NCBI GenBank assembly: GCA_029856045.1
Contig: JAHQWG010000016.1
Span: 227,921-251,920 of the forward strand
Reading direction: 5' to 3'
Length of the DNA: 24,000 nt
DNA from: Promethearchaeia archaeon
GTDB taxonomy: Archaea; Asgardarchaeota; Lokiarchaeia; Sigyniarchaeales; SOKP01
The position numbers and the translations under genes are program-made. Numbering within the stretch: the first letter of the stretch is position 1; every line of letters begins with the position of its first letter. Below are positions 1 to 8,638 of this stretch, one piece after another. The notes beneath the pieces are model-generated. The model ran no database searches. It worked only from the letters and a program-made list of their open reading frames with translations, and had not been told where the DNA came from.

Positions 1-16
1 TTCATTAAAAATTATT

Positions 17-1291
17 TTATTCGATTAATTTATTATAGATTTTAAATATTTTTTCAGATACATGACTCCATAAATACTTCTTATCCTTTATTTTCTGATA
101 TCCTGCTTTGCCAATTTGTCTAGCATATTTTTTATTTTTCAAAAGATATAATATTTTACTGCAAATTTCTTCAGTATTATCAAATTCTACTAATAACCCA
201 TTTTTTCCATTATCAATAACCTCTGGAGTGCTTCCAATATTGGCACCTATAACAGGTTTCTTGAATACCCAAGCTTCTAAAAATGATATGCCAAAAGCAT
301 CTGAGCGGGAAGGCATAACATAGATATCACATTCTCTAAATGCAGATATTTTTTTTGTATCAAAATAACCTTTCAAATTTGAAGGTGTCAAATTAACGAT
401 AAATTTATTTTTAAGTTTTTTAACCTTTTTTAACTCTCTATTAAAAGCCTCAGTGCTGGGACCAATAAATGTAAAAATTATATTTTTCTTTTTTTTTAAA
501 ATTAATGGAATTGCTTTAAGAAGAGAGATTGCTCCTTTTTCAAAATTTTTATTCCCGCAAAAAAAAATCATTGGAAATTTTTGTTGGTTATTACCAAAAA
601 AAGTCCTTTTAAAATTAATTTTTTTACACTTTTCATAATATTTCAAATCTATACCCATAGGAACAACTTCAATTTTATCCGATTTTATCCTCTTTTCTAT
701 TAAATACTTTCTTTCTAAATAAGTGCAGCAAATAATCAAATCAAATTTCTTTAGAAGTTCAATAAAATTTGAATTTTGATATCTAGGATTTTTAAAGTGA
801 AAAAATGGAGTGCATATTGTTGGAATACTCCACATTTTACCCAAAATAAGACTTAATACAATATTAGAATATGGAAAATAAGTAGTGTGTATCAATTCAT
901 AATAATATTTAATTTCGTTTTCACAAAAATCTAAAACTTGGCAAATATTAGGACCATTATTAAGAAAAGTTTTCAATACATCTCGAGAGATGTTTAAATC
1001 TTGATAATATTTGTTCTTCTCTATGATGTCGATTTGTTTTTCGATTATTAAATCATAAGTAATAGGAAAACGCTTAATCTTCAAACCATTTATGTTGTTA
1101 TAATCTCGATTATTTCGAGATATTTTCTTTCCTTTTGGATTTTTTAAAGCTGAAAAATCAAGAGCATCTGAACATAATATATCGATTTCACAACCGAAAT
1201 TTTTAATTAAAATCTCAGAAATCCTTTTAAAGTATAATTCTGCACCTGAAATCGCCGGAAAATATCTCGTTGGCAAATGTAAAACACGCAC
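17..1291 (-). CDS. GT-B fold glycosyltransferase, family 4-like
   Basis: Complete 424-aa ORF. The C-terminal nucleotide-sugar binding signature typical of GT1/GT4 enzymes is present: SRSDAFGISFLEAWVFKKPVIGANIGSTPEVIDNGKNGLLVEFDN. Confidence 0.8.
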   Translation of the reverse strand: MRVLHLPTRYFPAISGAELYFKRISEILIKNFGCEIDILCSDALDFSALKNPKGKKISRNNRDYNNINGLKIKRFPITYDLIIEKQIDIIEKNKYYQDLNISRDVLKTFLNNGPNICQVLDFCENEIKYYYELIHTTYFPYSNIVLSLILGKMWSIPTICTPFFHFKNPRYQNSNFIELLKKFDLIICCTYLERKYLIEKRIKSDKIEVVPMGIDLKYYEKCKKINFKRTFFGNNQQKFPMIFFCGNKNFEKGAISLLKAIPLILKKKKNIIFTFIGPSTEAFNRELKKVKKLKNKFIVNLTPSNLKGYFDTKKISAFRECDIYVMPSRSDAFGISFLEAWVFKKPVIGANIGSTPEVIDNGKNGLLVEFDNTEEICSKILYLLKNKKYARQIGKAGYQKIKDKKYLWSHVSEKIFKIYNKLIE

Positions 1292-1411
1292 TATTAATAA
1301 ACATCCGCAATTTTTAATAATCTGATTAATAATTAATTTTCTTTCTTGAGATTAAAATTTATTTTACTAAAAAACTATGGACTTTTTAAGACTTTTTAAA
1401 ATTAAAATGTT

Positions 1412-3208
1412 GTGAAAGCAAAAAAACTTGGATCAGATGAGATAATTCAAGCAGAAAGTTTGAAGTTTGCAAAATATTTATCGAACAATATGAATCAAGA
1501 ACAAATAAATCATACTATAAGAGATTCCCCATTCCAAGAGTTTAAATCATTACCAAAATTATTTAAAGATAAATCAAATCATCCTAATAATACGATCCTT
1601 CGAATTTATTCTATACTTTTATCTTCCTTCAAAAATTCTTCGTTTAAAATTATACAATTTCCTTTTATTAAAACCCCATCTTTCATTTTTATTATTCATG
1701 GCAAGATTTTCCATAAAAACAGGATAATATTTAGAGCTTTTGGAAAAGGATTAACAATTGCGTTATCAATGGCTAGTCTTTACGGAGAATTTATTGAAAG
1801 AATTCAAGCAGGGTTTTTTTTTTCCCAAAATCCTTACAAACCTCGGGTTATCCCTTATTATGAACCAAGTAATTCTAAAATAATTACAGAGCAAATGAAA
1901 AAACTCAATTTTCAAGATTTTTTACCTCTTTTTAAAGAAAAATGCTATCCATTTGTAGAGAAATTACTACCTTCTGAAAAAGAATTATTATATTACTGCC
2001 CTTATCAAGATTTAACCTCTAAAAAAATTACCTGGATAATGACTAGGGTGAATAGATTCACTACTGGATTTGCAAGCGGAAATTCCTACGAGGAAGCACT
2101 TGTACAAGCATTTTGTGAAATTATTGAACGTTATTCTTCATTTATGGTTTTAAAAAATCAAATTAAATTGCCAACAATTCCTAACCATAAATTATCTTCA
2201 CAGATTCAAAATATCATTAAAAAATTCGAGCAAGAAGGCATACAGATTATAATTAAAGATGCTTCTCTTGATTTGAATATTCCTTCCGTTGCAGTATTAT
2301 TTATTTTTGAAAAAAGAAAATCAAAAAGATTCTTAATTACTTTTGGCGTCGCTTCTTCTCTAGATGTTGCAGTAGAACGATGCCTCGGCGAAGCTGAACA
2401 AGATGCAAATAGTATAACAACACGTAGTATATTTAATCACCAATATTGTCGTTCAATTATTAACCTATACAACACATTTCCGCATTTAAAGAAGATTTTA
2501 CCTCTTAGGGATTATTTTGGTGAATCTTACGCACAAAATAACTTTTACCCTTCTGAATATGTAGAATTTTTAAAAGAGGATTATGGAGCCCCTGAATATG
2601 AAGAATTTTATAAAATTGATTTATTGGATGAAATTAATTATATTTTTCATTTCCTAGGTAAAAAGGGTTATCGAATTTACATGAAAGATTGTAACTGGTT
2701 AGGTTTTCCTTGCATAAAACTTTTTATACCAGAATTAAATGTTGGTTACGGCCAATTGATTAAATATTCTAATTTTAAGTTCGAGAAATTTAAACAGAAA
2801 TTATTAACTAACTTTTCTGATATTACTAAGGATGATTTAAAAATTTTGGATACTCCTGAATTCATCTTATTGCTTTCTCATTTAAAAACTTTAAATAGTT
2901 TTTTTCAGATTGATTGTGAAAGTTTAGAGCGATATAGTTCGTGGAAGTTTTTTGGACTATTGGCATTTGCACTAAATCGTGAAAAATTAGCAATAAAATA
3001 TCTCAAACAGGTTGCACTTTCAGTTCCAAAATCTAAAAATAAAAAGGAAATACTTTCTGAATTAGGAATAATTCTTCCAAATTGCCAACAAAAATCATGT
3101 GAATCTTGTAGATTTAAAAGAGAATGCAAATTTCCTATTCTAAAAGATTTTGAATCAACGGTTGTAAAGGAATTTCCAAATCATTTACGCAGATTAGAAG
3201 AAATATAG
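1412..3208 (+). CDS. ycaO: YcaO-domain protein (ATP-dependent amide-activating enzyme family) with a C-terminal helical, Cys-rich extension
   Basis: 598-aa ORF with two YcaO hallmark segments: GKGLTIALSMASLYGEFIERIQ and GFASGNSYEEALVQAFCEIIERYS. The C-terminus contains CQQKSCESCRFKRECKF. The track start is GTG at 1412; the first in-frame ATG is at 1490. Confidence 0.8.
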   Translation: MKAKKLGSDEIIQAESLKFAKYLSNNMNQEQINHTIRDSPFQEFKSLPKLFKDKSNHPNNTILRIYSILLSSFKNSSFKIIQFPFIKTPSFIFIIHGKIFHKNRIIFRAFGKGLTIALSMASLYGEFIERIQAGFFFSQNPYKPRVIPYYEPSNSKIITEQMKKLNFQDFLPLFKEKCYPFVEKLLPSEKELLYYCPYQDLTSKKITWIMTRVNRFTTGFASGNSYEEALVQAFCEIIERYSSFMVLKNQIKLPTIPNHKLSSQIQNIIKKFEQEGIQIIIKDASLDLNIPSVAVLFIFEKRKSKRFLITFGVASSLDVAVERCLGEAEQDANSITTRSIFNHQYCRSIINLYNTFPHLKKILPLRDYFGESYAQNNFYPSEYVEFLKEDYGAPEYEEFYKIDLLDEINYIFHFLGKKGYRIYMKDCNWLGFPCIKLFIPELNVGYGQLIKYSNFKFEKFKQKLLTNFSDITKDDLKILDTPEFILLLSHLKTLNSFFQIDCESLERYSSWKFFGLLAFALNREKLAIKYLKQVALSVPKSKNKKEILSELGIILPNCQQKSCESCRFKRECKFPILKDFESTVVKEFPNHLRRLEEI

Positions 3209-3239
3209 TTGGAGAAGCAATCTTAAAATTTCAATAATT

Positions 3240-3671
3240 ATGAAAAAATTTTTAAATTTTATCTACCCGATATTTTTAATGAGATATACTTTTAATTCCC
3301 TTTTAAAAAAAATTGAAGAAAAGAGTGAATTAACGGCGGATATAATAGAGGAATTAAAAGAACTTTTTCCAGATAAAATCGAAAAAACCTTAGAAATTTT
3401 GAAAAAAGGAATAATCCAATATACTTTTTCCCCTTCGGGAAGAAAAATATGGGCAGTAGTTGGTAGTAAAAATGATTTACATCTCATTTATCCTAGTTTA
3501 TATTGCGACTGCATCGATTTCTACAAGAGTGTAGTTATAACTAGAAGAAATACTTTATGTAAACACATCTTAGCACAATTAATCTCCTTCAGTTTGAAAA
3601 ATTTTGAGTTAGTTTCTTTAAATGATAAGGATTTCAGTAAATTTTTAAAACAATTTAAAGTTAAGATTTAA
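3240..3671 (+). CDS. SWIM zinc-finger protein
   Basis: 143-aa ORF lying 32 nt downstream of the YcaO gene on the same strand. YCDCIDFYKSVVITRRNTLCKHILAQL fits the SWIM CxCx(n)CxH pattern. Confidence 0.7.
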   Translation: MKKFLNFIYPIFLMRYTFNSLLKKIEEKSELTADIIEELKELFPDKIEKTLEILKKGIIQYTFSPSGRKIWAVVGSKNDLHLIYPSLYCDCIDFYKSVVITRRNTLCKHILAQLISFSLKNFELVSLNDKDFSKFLKQFKVKI

Positions 3672-4303
3672 ATCTCTAATATCTCTGCTTCCTTTATTGA
3701 TTTATTAATTAATGATAAAATTGGAATATTTTTTTCTGATTCCTCAATTACTGGAACTTTGGCATGGGTTTCGGGGAATTCTGGAAAATATGTGCAAAAA
3801 TCTGATTTCTCTGAGCAAATTTCATATAAACCTATCTTTCTACTAATTTTCATTACTTCTAATTTATCAAAACCAATTAGTGGTCTTAAAATAGTAGTGT
3901 TTCTCACTATTGATTGATAAGAAAAAATATTATCAAGGGTTTGACTCGCTTGTTCTCCTAAAATATCACCCGTAACTAGTAAGTTTGTTCCTTCTATTTG
4001 ACCAATCTTAGAACCTACTCGATACATAAATCGTTTGCATAAAATACATGTGAGTTTTCTTTCACAATTTTCTTTAAATAATATTAAATTTGAATTTTGA
4101 TCAATAAAATAGACTTTTAAATTTTTTTCGATATAAGTGGAAAGGATTTTGACAATTTTAAGTATTTTTTCTTTAAATTTATCAATATTTTCATAATTTG
4201 TAATAAATGAAACACAAACTGGGAGAAAGCCTTGTTTTATCATCAAATAGGTTGCAACAGGAGAATCAAATCCTCCGGAGATTAAACTGATAATTTTTTT
4301 CAT
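3668..4303 (-). CDS. ThiI-like PP-loop ATP pyrophosphatase (sulfurtransferase), catalytic domain only; no THUMP or ferredoxin-like N-terminal domains
   Basis: The PP-loop SGGFDSP lies at residues 9-15. The segment LLVTGDILGEQASQTLDNI...ILRPLIGFDKLEVMKISRKIGLYE...DFCTYFPEFPETHA runs colinear with the ThiI catalytic domain as I recall it from Bacillus ThiI. A CxxC (CILC) is present. At 211 aa the protein begins directly at the PP-loop. Confidence 0.8.
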   Translation of the reverse strand: MKKIISLISGGFDSPVATYLMIKQGFLPVCVSFITNYENIDKFKEKILKIVKILSTYIEKNLKVYFIDQNSNLILFKENCERKLTCILCKRFMYRVGSKIGQIEGTNLLVTGDILGEQASQTLDNIFSYQSIVRNTTILRPLIGFDKLEVMKISRKIGLYEICSEKSDFCTYFPEFPETHAKVPVIEESEKNIPILSLINKSIKEAEILEI

Positions 4304-4905
4304 ACTCTAATTTCAACCCTTTCCCATTGTTTTAGATATTTATTGAAATTTATGTTTGAAATTTTCCTAAATATTTTAATCTTATTTGAACTCTCTAATT
4401 CTTTTAATTTTAACATAATACTCTTGTTTCTATTTAGATGTTCTTGTGCATATATATATTCGTGAGGAAAGATTTTTTTAATTTGCTCAAAATCAATATT
4501 GCATAAATTATCATAGTTTTCAATGACCCATTTACATAAAGGATCTATGCTAATTTTAAAATTAAACGCATCTTCTTGCTTAATCGCCAATGGATATGCC
4601 CGACACGTCAAAGGTTTTACATCATGGACTTGGCATTTATTATCAATATGAAAGGGACATTGCTTTCTTTCATTATCTAACCTAATTCTCCATGTAACCA
4701 CTAAAATTTTTTGATTTTTTTCATCAGGAAAAACTAAATCTTCAATTATCTTAAAAGAAGCATTATTCTTTTTTGCAATTTCAATTAATTTATCTGCTTC
4801 ATCTGGATAAAGTGGAATCCTTTTATAAGTAGGATATTCGATTATCCCAGGTACCTCTGAGCAACAAGTACCGCAATTTTTGCATCTATACTTTAACTCT
4901 TTCAT
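4300..4905 (-). CDS. YkgJ/UPF0153 family cysteine-cluster (CxxCxxCC) protein
   Basis: N-terminal CKNCGTCCS (CxxCxxCC) plus CPFHIDNKCQVHDVKPLTCRAYP. Its stop overlaps the ThiI-like start by 4 nt (4300-4303), which implies co-transcription and translational coupling. Confidence 0.75.
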   Translation of the reverse strand: MKELKYRCKNCGTCCSEVPGIIEYPTYKRIPLYPDEADKLIEIAKKNNASFKIIEDLVFPDEKNQKILVVTWRIRLDNERKQCPFHIDNKCQVHDVKPLTCRAYPLAIKQEDAFNFKISIDPLCKWVIENYDNLCNIDFEQIKKIFPHEYIYAQEHLNRNKSIMLKLKELESSNKIKIFRKISNINFNKYLKQWERVEIRV

Positions 4906-5076
4906 TAAATATCATCTTAGAAACATTATTTTGCATACTTAAATATTATGTTGGTATTTTTGTAAAGTTATTTTAAATCTTATCTGAATACTCTCTTCGA
5001 TATTACATCATTTAAATAAGAATAGTTATAGCATTAATTTTAGATAGAATCGTTTTTTTAAAGGTAAAATAAAAAT

Positions 5077-5883
5077 ATGAGAGATTTTAGAATTATTCAG
5101 CATATCAACCTCTCACTGGATTCATTAAAAGATCCTATTTGTCTCCTCGGTATGCCTGGCATAGCCGATGTAGGCAAGTTCGCAATCGATCAAATCATTG
5201 GTCTCTTAAAGGCAAAACCATATTTAGAAATTATATTTAATGATTATCCAGCAGGAGCTATCGTTGATGATAGTATATTATCTGCCCCTAAAGCAGAAAT
5301 AATGTTTTGGAAGGATCCAAACAATATAAGAGATCTTTTGTTAATTACTGCTGATTCCCAAGCACTTAATCCCAAGGGAATTTATAAAATATCAGATTTT
5401 ATAGCAAGTCTAATGTATAAATTTAGAATAAAATTAATAATTTCTCTCGGAGCTTTTCCAACTAATAGTCCATCAAAATCTCCTTCGATATTTTTTAGTA
5501 CAACAAATAAAGATTTTATTGATCAATTTATCAAGGACGGAAAATGTAAAAAGATTAAAAAAGGAGTTATCGTTGGAGCGAATGGTTTAATTCCCACATT
5601 AGTAAAAGCCAGATTTAATATTGATGGAATTGTATTTTTAGCAGAAACCGATAATATTGCGGTAATTAATGATGAGATTACAGACTTGAAGGCGTCTATT
5701 ACTTTAATTAATTTATTAAAAGATAACTTTAATTTACCAATTGAAAGAAAATATACATTAGAAAAAATTGATGAGATTACTAAAAATCTACAAATCAAGA
5801 AAGAGAAATTAGAGCGTGATTTAGATAATTTCCACCTAATGGATAAAAATTCCGAAGAAAAAAGGAAATCATTATATATTTAA
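5077..5883 (+). CDS. PAC2-family proteasome assembly chaperone (PbaA/PbaB-like)
   Basis: The N-terminal ICLLGMPGIADVGKFAIDQIIGLL is typical of PAC2/COG1938 proteins. A coiled-coil-like C-terminal tail ends in ...KSLYI, a hydrophobic-Tyr-X (HbYX-like) terminus. Confidence 0.65.
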   Translation: MRDFRIIQHINLSLDSLKDPICLLGMPGIADVGKFAIDQIIGLLKAKPYLEIIFNDYPAGAIVDDSILSAPKAEIMFWKDPNNIRDLLLITADSQALNPKGIYKISDFIASLMYKFRIKLIISLGAFPTNSPSKSPSIFFSTTNKDFIDQFIKDGKCKKIKKGVIVGANGLIPTLVKARFNIDGIVFLAETDNIAVINDEITDLKASITLINLLKDNFNLPIERKYTLEKIDEITKNLQIKKEKLERDLDNFHLMDKNSEEKRKSLYI

Positions 5884-5959
5884 AATATTTATAGAATTTC
5901 TTATTTCTAAATCCAATAGAGTAAAATTTTTTAATAATAAATTATTATTGAATTTAGTT

Positions 5960-6106
5960 ATGTATTATTGTGCAAGAAAAGGTTGCAATAAAGAAGTTAC
6001 TCCTGATGAATTAAAGGCATTGCCTGGCATTAAATGTTCTCACTGTGGATATAGAATCCTTTATAAAAAAAGACCTGGGGTAATTAAACGAATCAAGGCT
6101 AATTAA
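5960..6106 (+). CDS. rpoP: DNA-directed RNA polymerase subunit P (Rpo12/RpoP)
   Basis: I translated this 48-aa ORF by hand; it is too short for the supplied track. The product is MYYCARKGCNKEVTPDELKALPGIKCSHCGYRILYKKRPGVIKRIKAN. The zinc-ribbon CxxC...CxxC and the LPG(I/V)(K/R)CxxCGY(R/K)I(L/I) core match archaeal RpoP. Confidence 0.85.
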   Translation: MYYCARKGCNKEVTPDELKALPGIKCSHCGYRILYKKRPGVIKRIKAN

Positions 6107-6121
6107 AAATATTAGGATGAT

Positions 6122-7057
6122 TTAATGTTCAATATTAAAATTTAATTTTAATATTAGCTCTTTATACCGAGTTCTTACGGTTGCTTCTGTTATTCCAGCA
6201 ATATCTGCAATTGCTTTTTGGGTGCGACGTTCATCAGTTTGAATTGCAGCGATGTAAAGTGAAGCTGCAGCTAAACCTGTAGGCGCTTTTCCTACAGTAA
6301 TATAATGTTTTTGAGCTAACTGTAGGATTTTTGCAGCTTTATTTTGAGTTCTACCTGATAAACTCAAATCCGCACAAAATCTTGGAATAAAGTCGATTGG
6401 TGATGATACTCTCATATTTCTTATTTTTAATTCTTTTAATATTAATCTATAGCAACGCCCCAACTCTTTTTTTGTAATAGAAGAAAATTCGATAAAATCG
6501 TCTAAAGTCTTTGGTAAACCCTTTATTCTACAAGTAGTGAATAAGGAAGCTGCTAACATAGCTTCAATCGATCGACCCCTTATTAAATTCTTATAAGCCA
6601 TCTTTCTATATACTATCGCAGCCGATTCTTTAATAGAACCTGGCAGATTTAATTGAGAACAATATCTATCTAGTTCATTCATAGCATTTGCCAAATTTCT
6701 ATCAATTGATTTATGTATCCGTGATCTAGTATGCCATTTTCTTAATCTATGAACTTCTGCTTTCATTTTTGGACTAATTTTTTTGCCATGTGCATCTTTA
6801 TCTTTCCAATCTATTGTTGTACTTAATCCTTTATCGTGTAGTGTAAATGTAGAAGGAGCTCCAACTCGAATTTTTTTAGCTTTCTCTTCTGATGAAAACG
6901 CTCTCCAATCTGGTCCGGAATCAATAATTCTTTGATTAATTACTAATCCACAAGTGTTACAAATGATTTCCCCTCTAGATAAATCTGAAATAATCGAGAA
7001 ATTACCACATTCCGGACATTTCTCAAAATTTATCTCGTTTTCATCTTTAGTAGTCAC
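6122..7057 (-). CDS. tfb: Transcription initiation factor IIB (TFB)
   Basis: N-terminal Zn-ribbon CPECGN...CNTCGLV, followed by two cyclin-fold repeats (GRSIEAMLAASLFTTCR..., GKAPTGLAAASLYIAA...RTQKAIADIAGITEATVRTRYKEL). GTG start, preceded on the - strand by GAGGGT 8 nt upstream (SD-like). Confidence 0.95.
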   Translation of the reverse strand: MTTKDENEINFEKCPECGNFSIISDLSRGEIICNTCGLVINQRIIDSGPDWRAFSSEEKAKKIRVGAPSTFTLHDKGLSTTIDWKDKDAHGKKISPKMKAEVHRLRKWHTRSRIHKSIDRNLANAMNELDRYCSQLNLPGSIKESAAIVYRKMAYKNLIRGRSIEAMLAASLFTTCRIKGLPKTLDDFIEFSSITKKELGRCYRLILKELKIRNMRVSSPIDFIPRFCADLSLSGRTQNKAAKILQLAQKHYITVGKAPTGLAAASLYIAAIQTDERRTQKAIADIAGITEATVRTRYKELILKLNFNIEH

Positions 7058-7228
7058 AAAAAGTTAACCCTCAAACCAAGAAATCAACCTATTATTACAA
7101 AAAAAAGAAATAAACACTTTTAAATGTTTGGCTTTTGTTATTGTGTAAATTAATAATTTTCTTTAAAGATTTTGAAGATTTAATATCGACAAAAAATTTA
7201 AATAACTTTTATAGTTTTTAAATATTGA

Positions 7229-7717
7229 ATGACATTAAATTTTTTTAATCGTATTCATGGAAAGCATTGTTTATTAAGGGCTTTTAAAACTGTTTGTCCT
7301 AGATGTAAAAATGATGTGTTCTATTGGGAATGTTCTCATGGATCTAAGGTATTTTTTGAATATCCAATATATGGGCGATTAATCCGACATAAATGTAAAA
7401 AACACTTAAATATAGAAAACTTAAAAAAAAAAAATCATATTGAGGTAAAAATCCCTTTTTTTATAGAAAAAGATAATTTTGGTTGCCCAATTTGCGGAAA
7501 AATTTTTAATAAAAAAAATCAACTTGTTGATCACATAAAACAGTTAAAAAAAAGTGATGAAGCTCATCATAGCTTCTATAATAATAAACTTAATTTTAAG
7601 ACGGAGTCAGAAATATTCAATTATAATTTAACCAAAAATTTAAATGAAAATGATAATAAAAATCATTATAAACCGACTTTCGGTAAGATTACAATTATCA
7701 ATAAAAAATCAAGTTAA
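7229..7717 (+). CDS. Zinc-finger protein with one C2H2-like finger; function unknown
   Basis: FGCPICGKIFNKKNQLVDH fits the classical x-C-x2-C-x3-F-x5-L-x2-H pattern, but the second His is not at the canonical +3-5 spacing. The N-terminal half has additional Cys/His clusters (CPRCKN...CSH...HKCKKH). Confidence 0.45.
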   Translation: MTLNFFNRIHGKHCLLRAFKTVCPRCKNDVFYWECSHGSKVFFEYPIYGRLIRHKCKKHLNIENLKKKNHIEVKIPFFIEKDNFGCPICGKIFNKKNQLVDHIKQLKKSDEAHHSFYNNKLNFKTESEIFNYNLTKNLNENDNKNHYKPTFGKITIINKKSS

Positions 7718-7807
7718 TATAAAAATAATTACATTAAAAAATTAAAAATTTAATATATTTTAACAAATTTATTTTTAATACAAACAAAAAAATAATTATT
7801 GATTTTT

Positions 7808-8413
7808 ATGTCTATTGATTATGAAGGAATTATATCTGAATTGATGCAAAGAGATCCATCTATAATTGCCATTGCGGTTATAACAGGAGCTCGAGATATT
7901 GTTTATTCAACAGATAATTGGGATATTAGCTCAGATATTAGTAAAGTTTCATCTGCATGGAGTTCAATGAATGCTCAGTTTGTAATGATTTCTGGTGTAA
8001 AATACTCCATGTTACAATGTACTATTGAAAGAATGGTATGTACTAACATAAAAGGGCAGGGACACATTGTTGGGGCTAAGGATGATGAGCATAAAATTAT
8101 TGCATATGTCGAACCCGAAGCGGATATAAATGGTGCTTATATGGATACAGCTCGAACCTTATCTAAACTAAGTTCAAAAACCCCCTATTTGGAAGAAAAT
8201 GCCCGATTAGGAACTTCCCAACCAGTAGCTCCCGTTTCTGGAGGAGAAACTATTGATCCTCAACTAAAAAGTGAAATTACGGCTTTTCTTGATTGGATAA
8301 AAGCCGAAGATGGGCTTTCGGGATATCTAAGTTATTATCTTCAACAAAATAATGCAAATATCATGAGCGAATTGGCAAAAATTTATAATGATTTACGCAA
8401 TATTTGTCAATAA
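7808..8413 (+). CDS. Profilin-like domain protein with ~70-aa C-terminal extension
   Basis: Residues 1-125 follow the profilin pattern. An N-terminal helix (DYEGIISELMQ) is followed by AIAVITGARDIVYSTDNWDIS..., then GVKYSMLQ...IKGQGHIVGAKDDEHKIIAYVEPE...NGAYMDTARTLSKL. Compare plant profilin G.KYMVIQ...KKG.GG...K....L....Y.EP......C....E.L.DYL. The track start is TTG at 7799; ATG at 7808 is the likelier start. Confidence 0.55.
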   Translation: MSIDYEGIISELMQRDPSIIAIAVITGARDIVYSTDNWDISSDISKVSSAWSSMNAQFVMISGVKYSMLQCTIERMVCTNIKGQGHIVGAKDDEHKIIAYVEPEADINGAYMDTARTLSKLSSKTPYLEENARLGTSQPVAPVSGGETIDPQLKSEITAFLDWIKAEDGLSGYLSYYLQQNNANIMSELAKIYNDLRNICQ

Positions 8414-8638
8414 TTGGTATTTAACACAATTTTTTAAGTGAATATACTTGTATTTTCTTTTTTCCTTTAAAATTCTTTTTTAACAATTTCTAATTTTAAA
8501 TTTTTATTATGAAAATAAAAAATTATTTTAATCTCAATGTTTCTTAAATTAAATAAATAGTAATGAAAACAAATTAAGTGGTGAAATCAAATAAAGCTAT
8601 ATATAATTCAAGATAATAAAATCATATCTTCTAAAAAA

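Noticed and set aside
1380-1399. The tandem direct repeat gactttttaa x2 lies just upstream of the YcaO start.
   Set aside because: There are only two 10-nt AT-rich units in a promoter-type region. They may contribute a TATA-like box (tttttaaa), but this is too short to distinguish from chance in this composition.
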